A DNA stretch of 41,245 nucleotides from Microthrixaceae bacterium (lineage in GTDB: Bacteria; Actinomycetota; Acidimicrobiia; Acidimicrobiales; Microtrichaceae), in NCBI GenBank assembly GCA_049672765.1, contig JBATWQ010000117.1:1-41245 (forward strand), given 5' to 3'. The position numbers and the translations under genes are program-made. The notes beneath the pieces were generated by a model that had not been told where the DNA came from, did not search any database, and saw only the letters and a list, made by a program, of their open reading frames with translations. Below, in pieces: positions 1 to 11,359 of this stretch. Position 1 is the stretch's first letter. Each line of letters starts with the position of its first letter.

Positions 1-313
1 GGTCCCGAAGGCGACCCAGGCGACCTCCCTCGTCCGCCACCGCCAGGTGAACGGTCGCGGCCGAAGGAGCGAAGCTCGCCAGAGAGGCGAAGCCAAGTTG
101 AAACGGCTTCGCCTCGGAGGCGACACGCCGAAGAATGGCGCGCGCCTCGACGAGCTCTTCCTCGGAAAGGTTGATGGGTGGAACGACCGTGACGTGCGGA
201 GGAATCCGTTCCCTACGAGGCTGTCCGAACAGCGAAGCGACCGCCCGGATCTTGCCCGACAGATCGCTCTGCGGGATCAGCGCAACCAGTACCCGACGCC
301 GATGTTTCGACAC
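1..313 (-). CDS. 2H phosphoesterase / 2'-5' RNA ligase (LigT)-like protein, N-terminal part; CDS runs off the left edge
   Basis: Manual minus-strand translation from GTG at 313 gives VSKHRRRVLVALIPQSDLSGKIRAVASLFGQPRRERIPPHVTVVPPINLSEEELVEARAIL... The RVLVALxP N-terminus and the H-x-T-x (HVTV) motif are typical of the 2H family. An in-frame TAG at 323-325 bounds the start. It is absent from the ORF track because no stop lies in the window. Confidence 0.5.
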   Translation of the reverse strand, partial: MSKHRRRVLVALIPQSDLSGKIRAVASLFGQPRRERIPPHVTVVPPINLSEEELVEARAILRRVASEAKPFQLGFASLASFAPSAATVHLAVADEGGRLGRLRD

Positions 314-385
314 GTCGCCACGCTAGCCCCGGTGCATGCACCTGAGGGGCAACCCGAAGCGGGCCACCCGAACCTGGCAACTCCC

Positions 386-411
386 AAAACGGGCGACCCC
401 GAGCCGGGTCG
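386..411 (-). terminator. Candidate intrinsic terminator after atpC
   Basis: Minus-strand RNA has CGACCC-GGCUCG-GGGUCG (6-bp stem, plus coordinates 394-411) followed by CCCGUUUUGGG (U4 tract, plus 386-389). It starts ~40 nt downstream of the atpC stop. The stem is short and the U tract is weak. Confidence 0.3.
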
Positions 412-451
412 AATGTCTAGGTGTGGGGCGCCTCTGGCACCTTGCGGGATT

Positions 452-858
452 TCAGGCAGCGTCGGCGACAGAAAGGCGCACGTTTGCCCGCAGCAGCGCT
501 GCCGCAGCTTCGACATCGTGTTCGTCGGCCGCCAGGGCAGCTTCGGCCTTGGCCTTGGCTTCCCGTGCGCGTGGGATGTCCACGGTCTCGGCCATTTCAC
601 ACACGTCGGAAAGGATCGTGACCCTGGTGCCGTCGCCCTCGGGTGGCGACACCTCGACGAAGCCCTGATGGACCGCTATGACCTGTTCGGTGTCGTCGGC
701 CAGGAGAATCCGCACGGGGTGCGTCTCGAGCACCCCGATGAACGGAATGTGGCCGGGCAGGAAGGCGATGTCACCCGTCGTCGTGCGACAGATGACCATT
801 TTCGCCTCGCCGGTATAGGCGACGCGCTCAGGAGAGACGAGCTCGACGACCAGTGACA

Positions 859-859
<1 letters not shown>
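452..859 (-). CDS. atpC: F1 ATP synthase epsilon subunit
   Basis: 135 aa, MSLVVELVSPERVAYTGEAKMV..., with an epsilon beta-sandwich followed by a helical C-terminus. The start shares 1 nt with the atpD stop. It is the last gene of the atp operon. Confidence 0.93.
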
Positions 860-2454
<1,595 letters not shown>

Positions 2455-3447
2455 TCAGCCCTTGTTCCCGACTGGCCGGGTGTGCTGCAGGTGCCTGTCG
2501 ACCGTCGGGAAGTACTCGCTGGAGAGCTGATCGAGGAGCAGGTCCTCGGGGTCGCCCTTGTCGTCGGCCAGGGCTTCAGCACCGCTGATGATCTCCATGA
2601 TCTCGGTGGTGATCGCATCCTGGCGGACCTGGTTCATCTTGCGGGTGTACTTGATGATCAGTTCTTGGGCGTTGTCCGTTGCCGACTTCATGGCCCGCTG
2701 ACGTGAAGCGAGTTCCGACGCTGCCGCTTCCAGCAGGGCAGCGAAGATTCGGGACTCGACGTATCGGGGCAACAGCGATTCGAGAACTGCGCTGGCTGAC
2801 GGTTCGAATTCAAACCCTGCGGTTGCTCCGGCGTCTCCGGCATCGGCGATCACCGACGGCGGCTCGAGCGGCAGGAACCGCCGTACGACGGCTTCCTGGG
2901 TGCCCATGGAGATGAACCGTGTGTAGCAGAGGTCGATCCGGTCACAACCACCCGTGGTGAACAACTCGGTGATGCGCGCCGCGATCTTGACGGCCTCGTC
3001 GTAGGTCGGACGGTCGGTGAATCCCGAGTACGAGGCGTCGATATCGAAGTGGCGGAACTTGAAGTAGGCCTCGGCCTTGCGTCCGACAGTGACGATCGAG
3101 AACTCCTGGCCGTTGGCACGAGCTGCCTGAACCTCGCGTTCGGCAAGGCGGATGACCGTGGTGTTGTAGGCGCCAGCGAGACCACGGTCGCCGGCCAGCA
3201 CCAGAACGCCGACCTTCTGGACCTTCTCGACCGGTCGCAGCAGCGGGTGGTTGATCTCGGCGCCGGCAGCGGCGAGGTCCTGGATCACCTGGGTGATCCG
3301 CTCGGAGTAGGGCCGAGCCTCGTTGGCCTGGGCCTGTGCCTTGACCACACGGGTTGCCGCGATGAGTTCCATCGCGCGCGTGATCTTCTTCATGTTTGTG
3401 ACGCTGGCGATCTGCCTGCGTAGAACTCGCTCTTGTGCTCCCGGCAT
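2455..3447 (-). CDS. atpG: F1 ATP synthase gamma subunit
   Basis: 330 aa with N-terminus ...LRRQIASVTNMKKITRAMELIAATR and C-terminus ...QDAITTEIMEIISGAEAL, both typical of gamma. AGGAGA SD is present. It lies between alpha and beta. Confidence 0.95.
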   Translation of the reverse strand: MPGAQERVLRRQIASVTNMKKITRAMELIAATRVVKAQAQANEARPYSERITQVIQDLAAAGAEINHPLLRPVEKVQKVGVLVLAGDRGLAGAYNTTVIRLAEREVQAARANGQEFSIVTVGRKAEAYFKFRHFDIDASYSGFTDRPTYDEAVKIAARITELFTTGGCDRIDLCYTRFISMGTQEAVVRRFLPLEPPSVIADAGDAGATAGFEFEPSASAVLESLLPRYVESRIFAALLEAAASELASRQRAMKSATDNAQELIIKYTRKMNQVRQDAITTEIMEIISGAEALADDKGDPEDLLLDQLSSEYFPTVDRHLQHTRPVGNKG

Positions 3448-3499
3448 ATGTTCTCCTGGTCAGCCTCTCGTAGTCAGCCGATGTTCCGTGTAGGAACGA

Positions 3500-5122
<1,623 letters not shown>

Positions 5123-5214
5123 TTCGGTTGGTCTCCTGCGGCTTCAAGTGCGGGCTTAGTGCGGATTGCGAACTGCTGCGATCACCAGAGTGGCTGATCG
5201 CCGATCCGGACGGA

Positions 5215-5742
5215 TCAGAACGATTCGCGGAGTTGGTTCAAACGTGTGCGGACAGTTCCATCGAGGACCGAGTCACCGATCTGGGTGACGATTCCACCCA
5301 TGACGGTGGGATCGACGATGTTCTTGACCGTGATGTCCTGGTTGGTGCGGGTCTTGAGGGCTTCGGTCAGCTGCGCGATCTGCGCCTCGGTCAGCGGAAC
5401 CGCCGAGCGGACTTCGGCGACTTCCTGGCCGACGTTACGCGCAGAACGCTGAACGAGTTCCTGGGCGATCTTGTGAAGATCTCCGGCGCGTCCAGCGCCA
5501 ATGATCATCGAGACCAGGGCCGAGGTCGTCGTGGTGGCCTTGCCTTCGAGGAGATCCTCGACGATCTGCTGGCGACGCTCGACCGGCAGACGCTGGTCGG
5601 TCAACGTGGAGCGCAGTTCGTCGTTGGACTGCATGATCCGCCCGAGGCGGAACAGCTCATCCTCTACCTCGGCAAGGCTGTCTTCTGCGACCGCTATGGC
5701 GAAGGCTGCGTCGGCGTATGCGGTGATGCGATTGTCACTCAT
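5215..5742 (-). CDS. atpH: F1 ATP synthase delta (OSCP) subunit
   Basis: 175 aa lying between b and alpha. The C-terminal ...GGIVTQIGDSVLDGTVRTRLNQL matches the OSCP/delta signature. Confidence 0.88.
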   Translation of the reverse strand: MSDNRITAYADAAFAIAVAEDSLAEVEDELFRLGRIMQSNDELRSTLTDQRLPVERRQQIVEDLLEGKATTTTSALVSMIIGAGRAGDLHKIAQELVQRSARNVGQEVAEVRSAVPLTEAQIAQLTEALKTRTNQDITVKNIVDPTVMGGIVTQIGDSVLDGTVRTRLNQLRESF

Positions 5743-5790
5743 CTGTTTTTCCGCTCTGTTCTCAGAATTGCTTGGATGGTGATTGCCGGA

Positions 5791-6336
5791 TCAGTTCTGG
5801 GAACCGACTCGGCTGATATAGGACTCGATCAGCCGCTGCTGGGCTGCGTCATCGAGTGAGGACTCGACAACACGCTCTGCTGCTCCGAGCGAAAGGCGTG
5901 AAAGTTCACTCGACAGGTCCGACTCGGCCTGGGTGCGGGTGGCAGCCAGGTCGGCGGCGGCACGCTCCCGGACACGCTCGGCGTCTCGGACGGCTCTGAT
6001 CTCGGTATCGGCGGCCAGCTGTGTGGCGCTGGCTCGGGCGTCGGCGACGATCCGAGCGGCTTCGCTCTCGGAATCTGCGAGTGCTGCCTTGATGCCGTCA
6101 CGCTCGTTCTCGGCCTCGACCCGGGCGGCTTCTGCCTGGGCCAGTTTGGCTTCGATGCTGGCCGTGCGTCCCGTGTAGTACTTGGCGACGGGGGCCTTGC
6201 CGAACTTGTACAGCAGGTAGGCGACGATGAAGAACGCCAAGCTGCCCCAGATGACTTCGTTCTTGTCGTGGGGGAGCCAGAAGCCGTTTGCCGTCTCGGG
6301 TGCTTCGGCGGCCAGGACTGTGAGGAAGGTATACAT
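5791..6336 (-). CDS. atpF: Fo ATP synthase subunit b
   Basis: 181 aa with a single N-terminal TM (VIWGSLAFFIVAYLLYKF) followed by a long Ala/Glu/Arg-rich helix. It is adjacent to delta. Confidence 0.88.
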   Translation of the reverse strand: MYTFLTVLAAEAPETANGFWLPHDKNEVIWGSLAFFIVAYLLYKFGKAPVAKYYTGRTASIEAKLAQAEAARVEAENERDGIKAALADSESEAARIVADARASATQLAADTEIRAVRDAERVRERAAADLAATRTQAESDLSSELSRLSLGAAERVVESSLDDAAQQRLIESYISRVGSQN

Positions 6337-6353
6337 CTACAACTCCAGCCTTC

Positions 6354-6896
6354 TCAGCGGTTTCCGCTGGCCTGATTGACGTACTCGTCGACGGTCGAAC
6401 GGTTGCTCGCCAGGTCCAGGTCGCTCTGGACGACCTTGGATGCTGCCGATACCGCCAGATCTGCGACTTCGGACCGGATCGACGCCAGAGCGGCGGCCCG
6501 TGCCGAGTCCAGTTCGGCCATTGCCACCTGTCGTTGCTCGGCCACTTCGGCCTCGGCAACCCGGACGGCTTCGGCACGCTGCGCCTCGGATGCGGCCCGT
6601 GCGGTCTCGACGACCTGTGCCGCTTCGGCGCGTGCCTCGGCGAGGGTTGCGTCGTAGTCCCGGCGAACCTGCTCCGCCTGGGTGGCGGCTGTTGCCGCCG
6701 CCTCGAGGTCGGACTGCGCCTTCTGTGCCCGCTCCTCGCGGACCTTCATCAGAGGGGGCAGGCAGACGTAACGAAGCAGTATCCAGAGGCCGAAGAAGCT
6801 GATCGCACCCCAGAAGAGTTCCCCGATGTTGTCGGGGACCACTGGGTTGATCGTCTTCGCACCTTCTTCTGCAAGCACGCTCAGAACGGCGAGCAT
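6354..6896 (-). CDS. Fo ATP synthase subunit b' (second b-type stalk subunit)
   Basis: 180 aa with the same architecture as b: TM LFWGAISFFGLWILLRYV, then a charged Ala-rich helix. It sits between c and b, so it is a paralogue rather than a fusion. Confidence 0.82.
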   Translation of the reverse strand: MLAVLSVLAEEGAKTINPVVPDNIGELFWGAISFFGLWILLRYVCLPPLMKVREERAQKAQSDLEAAATAATQAEQVRRDYDATLAEARAEAAQVVETARAASEAQRAEAVRVAEAEVAEQRQVAMAELDSARAAALASIRSEVADLAVSAASKVVQSDLDLASNRSTVDEYVNQASGNR

Positions 6897-6971
6897 GAGG
6901 GTCTCCTCGGGGAAGCAGTGAACATGGGACTAGTGAATGAACTGGCGCTCATCTGTGGGTTTGACCCCGGA

Positions 6972-7298
<327 letters not shown>

Positions 7299-7332
7299 TC
7301 ATGTGGTCAGGTCTTGTATTGCTTTTGGCTTC

Positions 7333-7362
7333 GGTACTTCTGATCTGGGGTACTTCTGATCT
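7333..7362. repeat. 14-bp direct repeat (GGTACTTCTGATCT x2, 16-bp period) in the atpB-atpE spacer
   Basis: Copies at 7333-7346 and 7349-7362 were read directly from the sequence. They lie in a locally low-GC 186-bp spacer. Confidence 0.8.
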
Positions 7363-7451
7363 ATCTGAACTGATCGATTTGTGCCGATCGAACTGCCTCG
7401 ATCCACCGGGGCGGATCGACTTGCTGCTCGGTTCGATGAGTCAGGGGTGAC

Positions 7452-8261
7452 TCAGTGAGCCGGATGTAGTGCGCCCCCGATGTACACGGCGGTCAACAGG
7501 GCGAAGATGAACGCCTGCAGGAAGGCCACCATGACCTCGAAGCCGGTGAAGGCCACGAGCATTGGGAACGAGAGTGCGTTGACCACGACAAGCGGGCTCA
7601 ACTGCCACAGGGTGATGCACAGGACCGAGAAGGTCACCAGCAGAATGTGTCCGGCGAGCATATTGGCGAAAAGACGCACTGCCAGGGAGAAGGGCCGGAT
7701 CAGGAAGGTCGAAAGCAACTCGATGGGAGTCACCAGTATGTAGAGGGCCTTAGGAACACCCGGCGGGAAGAGAGCGGACTTGAAGTACCCCAGACCGTGG
7801 TGCTTGACGCCGACTCCGATGAACATCGCCCATGCGACGAGCGCAAGGATCAACGGGTTTGCCATACGGGCGTTGGCCGGCATGTGCGCCGTCGGGATGA
7901 CTTCGAAGCTGTTTCCGATCCAGATGAAGAACAGCATCGAGGTCAACATCGGCAGGTAGCGCATGCCGTCGGGCCCGATCGCCGGAAGAACCAGCTGCTC
8001 CTCGACGAAGTCGATGCCCGACTCCATCACGTTCTGGAGTTTGGATGGAACCAGACTCGCCTTGCGGCCGGCCAGGTAGAACAGCAGAGCTGGGACCGCC
8101 ATCGAGATCAGCGAGATCAGTGCGATCTTGTTGAACTGATAGAAGCCCTCGCCAAGGCTGGGCCAAATGACGATGTCTTGGATCGGTGGGAAATGAACCC
8201 CACCCCCGCCTTCTGAGGCGAGGATGGCCACATTGCCGGCAATGGTCTGAAGACCGAGCAT
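7452..8261 (-). CDS. atpB: Fo ATP synthase subunit a
   Basis: 269 aa polytopic protein. It carries the conserved ...LAVRLFANMLAGH... motif containing the essential Arg. Confidence 0.95.
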   Translation of the reverse strand: MLGLQTIAGNVAILASEGGGGVHFPPIQDIVIWPSLGEGFYQFNKIALISLISMAVPALLFYLAGRKASLVPSKLQNVMESGIDFVEEQLVLPAIGPDGMRYLPMLTSMLFFIWIGNSFEVIPTAHMPANARMANPLILALVAWAMFIGVGVKHHGLGYFKSALFPPGVPKALYILVTPIELLSTFLIRPFSLAVRLFANMLAGHILLVTFSVLCITLWQLSPLVVVNALSFPMLVAFTGFEVMVAFLQAFIFALLTAVYIGGALHPAH

Positions 8262-8276
8262 CCGGAGGAACTCCTT

Positions 8277-8807
8277 CTACTGCGCGCTTGGCGAGGACGG
8301 GACGGAAGACGAGACTGTTGTCCCGTCATTGCCGTCGGAGGACGGTAGGTAGGGATTCGGAGTCTGTTGGGGTTTGAGACCCGGGAACGCCAACGAGGAC
8401 GATACGTAGCGCATTTCCCAGAACAACAGGGCGAGATGGGTCACGATCAGGGTGATCGCGAATGGCACGAGTTCCATCCAATCGGCGTCACGCACGAGCA
8501 TGACCGCCAGGAAGATGAGCCCCAGCCGCATTAGGAAGCCGAAAAGCGCAGCGCCACCCATTAGGGCGGCGCTGATACGGCCGGTGACAGCGAGAAGGTA
8601 GGCGGCGACGAGGAAATTGACCAATACGATCGCCACGGCGTACATCGTCGACGCAACGCCGTCGATTCCCCAGAAGGCCGCCGAGATCATCGCTACGACG
8701 GGAATGATCCAGACGCTGCGCTTGACCAGGTCCAATGCCACGGCCATGGCCGGAGACGGGCCTTCTATGCGCACGGTCATCGGATCCTTGGAAGTCTGAC
8801 CGTTCAT
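8277..8807 (-). CDS. atpI: ATP synthase protein I-like membrane protein
   Basis: 176 aa with about 4 TM helices, immediately upstream of atpB. The ATGA overlaps the upstream gene's stop. The call rests on position and topology; sequence conservation of this family is weak. Confidence 0.6.
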   Translation of the reverse strand: MNGQTSKDPMTVRIEGPSPAMAVALDLVKRSVWIIPVVAMISAAFWGIDGVASTMYAVAIVLVNFLVAAYLLAVTGRISAALMGGAALFGFLMRLGLIFLAVMLVRDADWMELVPFAITLIVTHLALLFWEMRYVSSSLAFPGLKPQQTPNPYLPSSDGNDGTTVSSSVPSSPSAQ

Positions 8808-9211
8808 GAGGGCACCGCCGGGTCTTGTACGGATCCGGTTGTAACGGGTTCGTTGACACCGCTGTGCGAGCTGACACCGCTGTGCGAGCTGACACCGCTG
8901 TGCGAGTTGTGCTCCAGGCGCTCTGCGCCGTGCTGACGGAAGTCGGTCGAGGACTCATGTCCAAGCCAGGCAACGTCCGCCTCGATCTGGGACATTTCGT
9001 AGCGGTACGCGTAGTAGAGCTTGATACCGGTACCGACAAAACCCACCAGGCTGAACAGGATTACGAACAGTGGTGTCGTATCGACGCTGTGATCTAGCCA
9101 TAGACCCAAAAGGCCCAGAATCACGGGTGCAAATGCAAGTTCGAACGACCCGCTGGATCGGTTCAACTGCTTCGTGGTTTCGTGAGTCTTCGTGTTGGAT
9201 TTGTTCGACAT
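8804..9211 (-). CDS. AtpZ/AtpI-family small membrane protein (first gene of the atp operon) with a repeat-containing C-terminal tail
   Basis: I trimmed the track ORF (8804-9310) to the ATG at 9211 (MSNKSNTKTHE...). It has two TM helices, FELAFAPVILGLLGLWLD and TPLFVILFSLVGFVGTGIKLYY, as in the F0F1-ATPase gene-1 family. The tail contains (HSGVSS)x3. Confidence 0.6.
   Translation of the reverse strand: MSNKSNTKTHETTKQLNRSSGSFELAFAPVILGLLGLWLDHSVDTTPLFVILFSLVGFVGTGIKLYYAYRYEMSQIEADVAWLGHESSTDFRQHGAERLEHNSHSGVSSHSGVSSHSGVNEPVTTGSVQDPAVPS
8855..8908. repeat. 18-bp tandem repeat x3 inside the atpZ-like CDS
   Basis: GACACCGCTGTGCGAGCT occurs at 8855-8872 and 8873-8890, with a third copy at 8891-8908 carrying one mismatch. 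On the minus strand it encodes HSGVSS-HSGVSS-HSGV. Confidence 0.9.
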
Positions 9212-9281
9212 GATTTCTCGACCAGTCACCGCGGAACCGCTCGGCGATGTCGCCCGGGAACTCGCTTGTGAAAGCTTTCCC

Positions 9282-9310
9282 AAATTACGGCGGTGGGGCT
9301 TGGGCCGCAA
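9282..9310 (-). promoter_or_regulatory. Candidate sigma-70-type promoter of the atp operon
   Basis: Minus strand reads TTGCGG (9310-9305), a 17-nt spacer, then TAATTT (9287-9282). It lies ~70 nt upstream of the atpZ-like ATG. The call is by consensus only. Confidence 0.3.
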
Positions 9311-9316
9311 GTCCGA

Positions 9317-9335
9317 GCGGCAAATCCATTGCCGC
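9317..9335 (-). terminator. Hairpin downstream of the liv-type operon
   Basis: Perfect 7-bp stem GCGGCAA / TTGCCGC with a 5-nt loop, 38 nt after the stop at 9373. There is no U tract. Confidence 0.3.
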
Positions 9336-9372
9336 CGCGCCCTCGCTCCGTGACCGAGATGTGCAACTCTGG

Positions 9373-9828
9373 CTAGAGAACAGGCTCCGGAGCCTGGGAA
9401 TCAGCGCCAGCCTGGGGCTGGACCTGCGCCTGGCCATGACCTGTCGTCGGGGGCAGGCCGCTCGCGCGCTCGATCGCGTCGACGATCCTGTCGGTGTTGG
9501 CGCGGCTCTCGTAGGTGAGCCGGATCATCCAGAAACGCATGTACCGAGCCAGCGAGAACCTGACGAACAGCGCAGCCCCGGCGATTATGAGTGCAATCCC
9601 CAGGAACGATCCCTGGGCGAGCACCGCCCTCTGATCACCGGGTGAATCGCCGAAGCTCGCGACCTGGATGGCACCACCGATGGCCAGCAGAACGCCGGCC
9701 ACGCCAAGGATCACTCCTATGGCCAGGAGGCGCTTCTCGCCCTCACTGGAGCTGCCACGAAGTTTCAGACCCTCGATCTCGTTCTTGAACTCGTTGATTC
9801 GGATATCATTGTTATTCAAAGGATTCAC
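9373..9828 (-). CDS. Hypothetical 2-TM membrane protein, translationally coupled to livF
   Basis: 151 aa. The GTG start overlaps the livF TGA (GTGA). Two hydrophobic helices are present: LLAIGVILGVAGVLLAIGGAI and FLGIALIIAGAALFVRF. I recognise no family. The 5' end is markedly AT-rich. Confidence 0.6.
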   Translation of the reverse strand: MNPLNNNDIRINEFKNEIEGLKLRGSSSEGEKRLLAIGVILGVAGVLLAIGGAIQVASFGDSPGDQRAVLAQGSFLGIALIIAGAALFVRFSLARYMRFWMIRLTYESRANTDRIVDAIERASGLPPTTGHGQAQVQPQAGADSQAPEPVL

Positions 9829-10559
9829 CCACCAAGATAGGCAGCGGACAGTTCATGTTCGATCTCCGACGGGCTACCGACCTGACGGATCACCCCGTTG
9901 ACCATGATGGCAGCTACGTCAGCTACCCCCAGGACAGTTCGGGCGAATTGCTCTACTACGAGGATCGAGGTCCCTGACCTCGAGATCTCGACAACGATTC
10001 CATACAACTCCTCGACGACCAACGGGGCGAGCCCCATTGACAATTCGTCCAGGAGCAGGACCGTCGGATTCACCGCGAGTCCCCGGGCCATCGCAAGCAT
10101 CTGCTGCTCCCCTCCGGAAAGGGTTCCGGCGAGCTGCGTGCGACGCTCTTTCAACCTTGGGAACTGCGCATAGGCGACTTCTTCGATCTGGGCCATCGAG
10201 ACTCCGCCGTAAGTTGCCATCAGCAGGTTCTCGCGGACGGTCAGGTTGGGGAACACGCCCTTGCCCTCGGGGATTGTTGTGACGCCGCGCCGCGCCAACT
10301 CCTCGGGCCTGACTCCCGTGACGTCACGTCCACCGATGAGCACCGAACCCGACGTCGGATGCATCAGCCCGCATGCGACCTTCAGAGCAGTCGTCTTCCC
10401 GGCTCCGTTGGGACCGAGCAGTGCAACGACGGTTCCGGCCGGGATGGACAGATTCACCCCGTGCAGGACTTCGATGCTGCCGTAGGCCGCGCGCACTCCC
10501 CGCAGTTCCAGAAGAGGCTCGCTGACCCTGCGATCAACGTGATCGTTCTGTGAAGGCAT
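9825..10559 (-). CDS. livF: Branched-chain amino acid-type ABC transporter ATP-binding protein (LivF-like)
   Basis: Walker A GPNGAGKTT, signature LSGGEQQM, Walker B LLLLDE. 244 aa. Confidence 0.9.
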   Translation of the reverse strand: MPSQNDHVDRRVSEPLLELRGVRAAYGSIEVLHGVNLSIPAGTVVALLGPNGAGKTTALKVACGLMHPTSGSVLIGGRDVTGVRPEELARRGVTTIPEGKGVFPNLTVRENLLMATYGGVSMAQIEEVAYAQFPRLKERRTQLAGTLSGGEQQMLAMARGLAVNPTVLLLDELSMGLAPLVVEELYGIVVEISRSGTSILVVEQFARTVLGVADVAAIMVNGVIRQVGSPSEIEHELSAAYLGG

Positions 10560-11359
10560 CAGGTCGCTCCGCTGTCCTGGTTGGCAGTGACGGAATGGCT
10601 CGGCTCGCTACCCAGATATGCGGCCAGAACGGCCTCGTTCGATCGGATCTCTTCGGGCGGTCCGCTGGCGATTACCTGACCGAAGTCGAGCACTGCGAGT
10701 TCTGCACAGACACGCATCACGAGCGCAACGTCGTGTTCGACTAGAAGTATTCCGAGGCCGTTGGCAGCCAGTGTCACCAGCAGGTCACCGAATACGTCGG
10801 TCTCGGAGTCATCGAGACCTGAGGCAGGCTCATCGAGAAGCAGCACCGATGGCCGCGCCGCGAGGGCCCGACCCAGTTCGACCAGACGGGCGTGGCCGGT
10901 CGGCAGCGAACTGACGGGTCTGTCAGCGAGCGAACCCAGTTCGAGTCTTTCGAGCAGCAGGTCGATCTCGGCCTCAGGTTTCAGATCAGCCCCGTCGGCC
11001 AGGTACTGCGGAAGGTCACCCGAGCGCCGTGACCAACTGCGACGAATCTCGAGGCCCACCTGGATGTTCTCGCGAACAGTGAGTGAAGAGAACACCTCCA
11101 GCCGCTGGAACGTCCGACCGATTCCGAGTCGGGCGCGCTTGTGGGTCCCGATCTTCGAGATATCCCGGCCATCCAGACGGACCCTTCCGGATGATGGTTT
11201 GACCACTCCGCAGATCGCATTGAACGTTGTCGTTTTGCCTGCACCATTCGGTCCGATCAGACCGGTGATCCGACCTCCGTCGACCGTGAGTGAGACATCG
11301 CTGACGGCGAGATGACCGCCGAAACGAACTGACAGGGACTCCAACTGGAGAACGCTCAC
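10559..11359 (-). CDS. livG: Branched-chain amino acid-type ABC transporter ATP-binding protein (LivG-like)
   Basis: Walker A GPNGAGKTT, Walker B LLLLDEPASGL, LivG-type N-terminus LQLESLSVRFGG. It has a 4-nt overlap with the permease gene. Confidence 0.9.
   Translation of the reverse strand: MSVLQLESLSVRFGGHLAVSDVSLTVDGGRITGLIGPNGAGKTTTFNAICGVVKPSSGRVRLDGRDISKIGTHKRARLGIGRTFQRLEVFSSLTVRENIQVGLEIRRSWSRRSGDLPQYLADGADLKPEAEIDLLLERLELGSLADRPVSSLPTGHARLVELGRALAARPSVLLLDEPASGLDDSETDVFGDLLVTLAANGLGILLVEHDVALVMRVCAELAVLDFGQVIASGPPEEIRSNEAVLAAYLGSEPSHSVTANQDSGAT

Noticed and set aside
8855-8908. Tandem 18-bp repeats (here and at 27955-27990) as possible CRISPR or minisatellite arrays
   Set aside because: The units are directly adjacent with no spacers, number only 2-3 copies, are in frame within CDSs, and have no cas genes nearby. 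They are coding microsatellite-like repeats.
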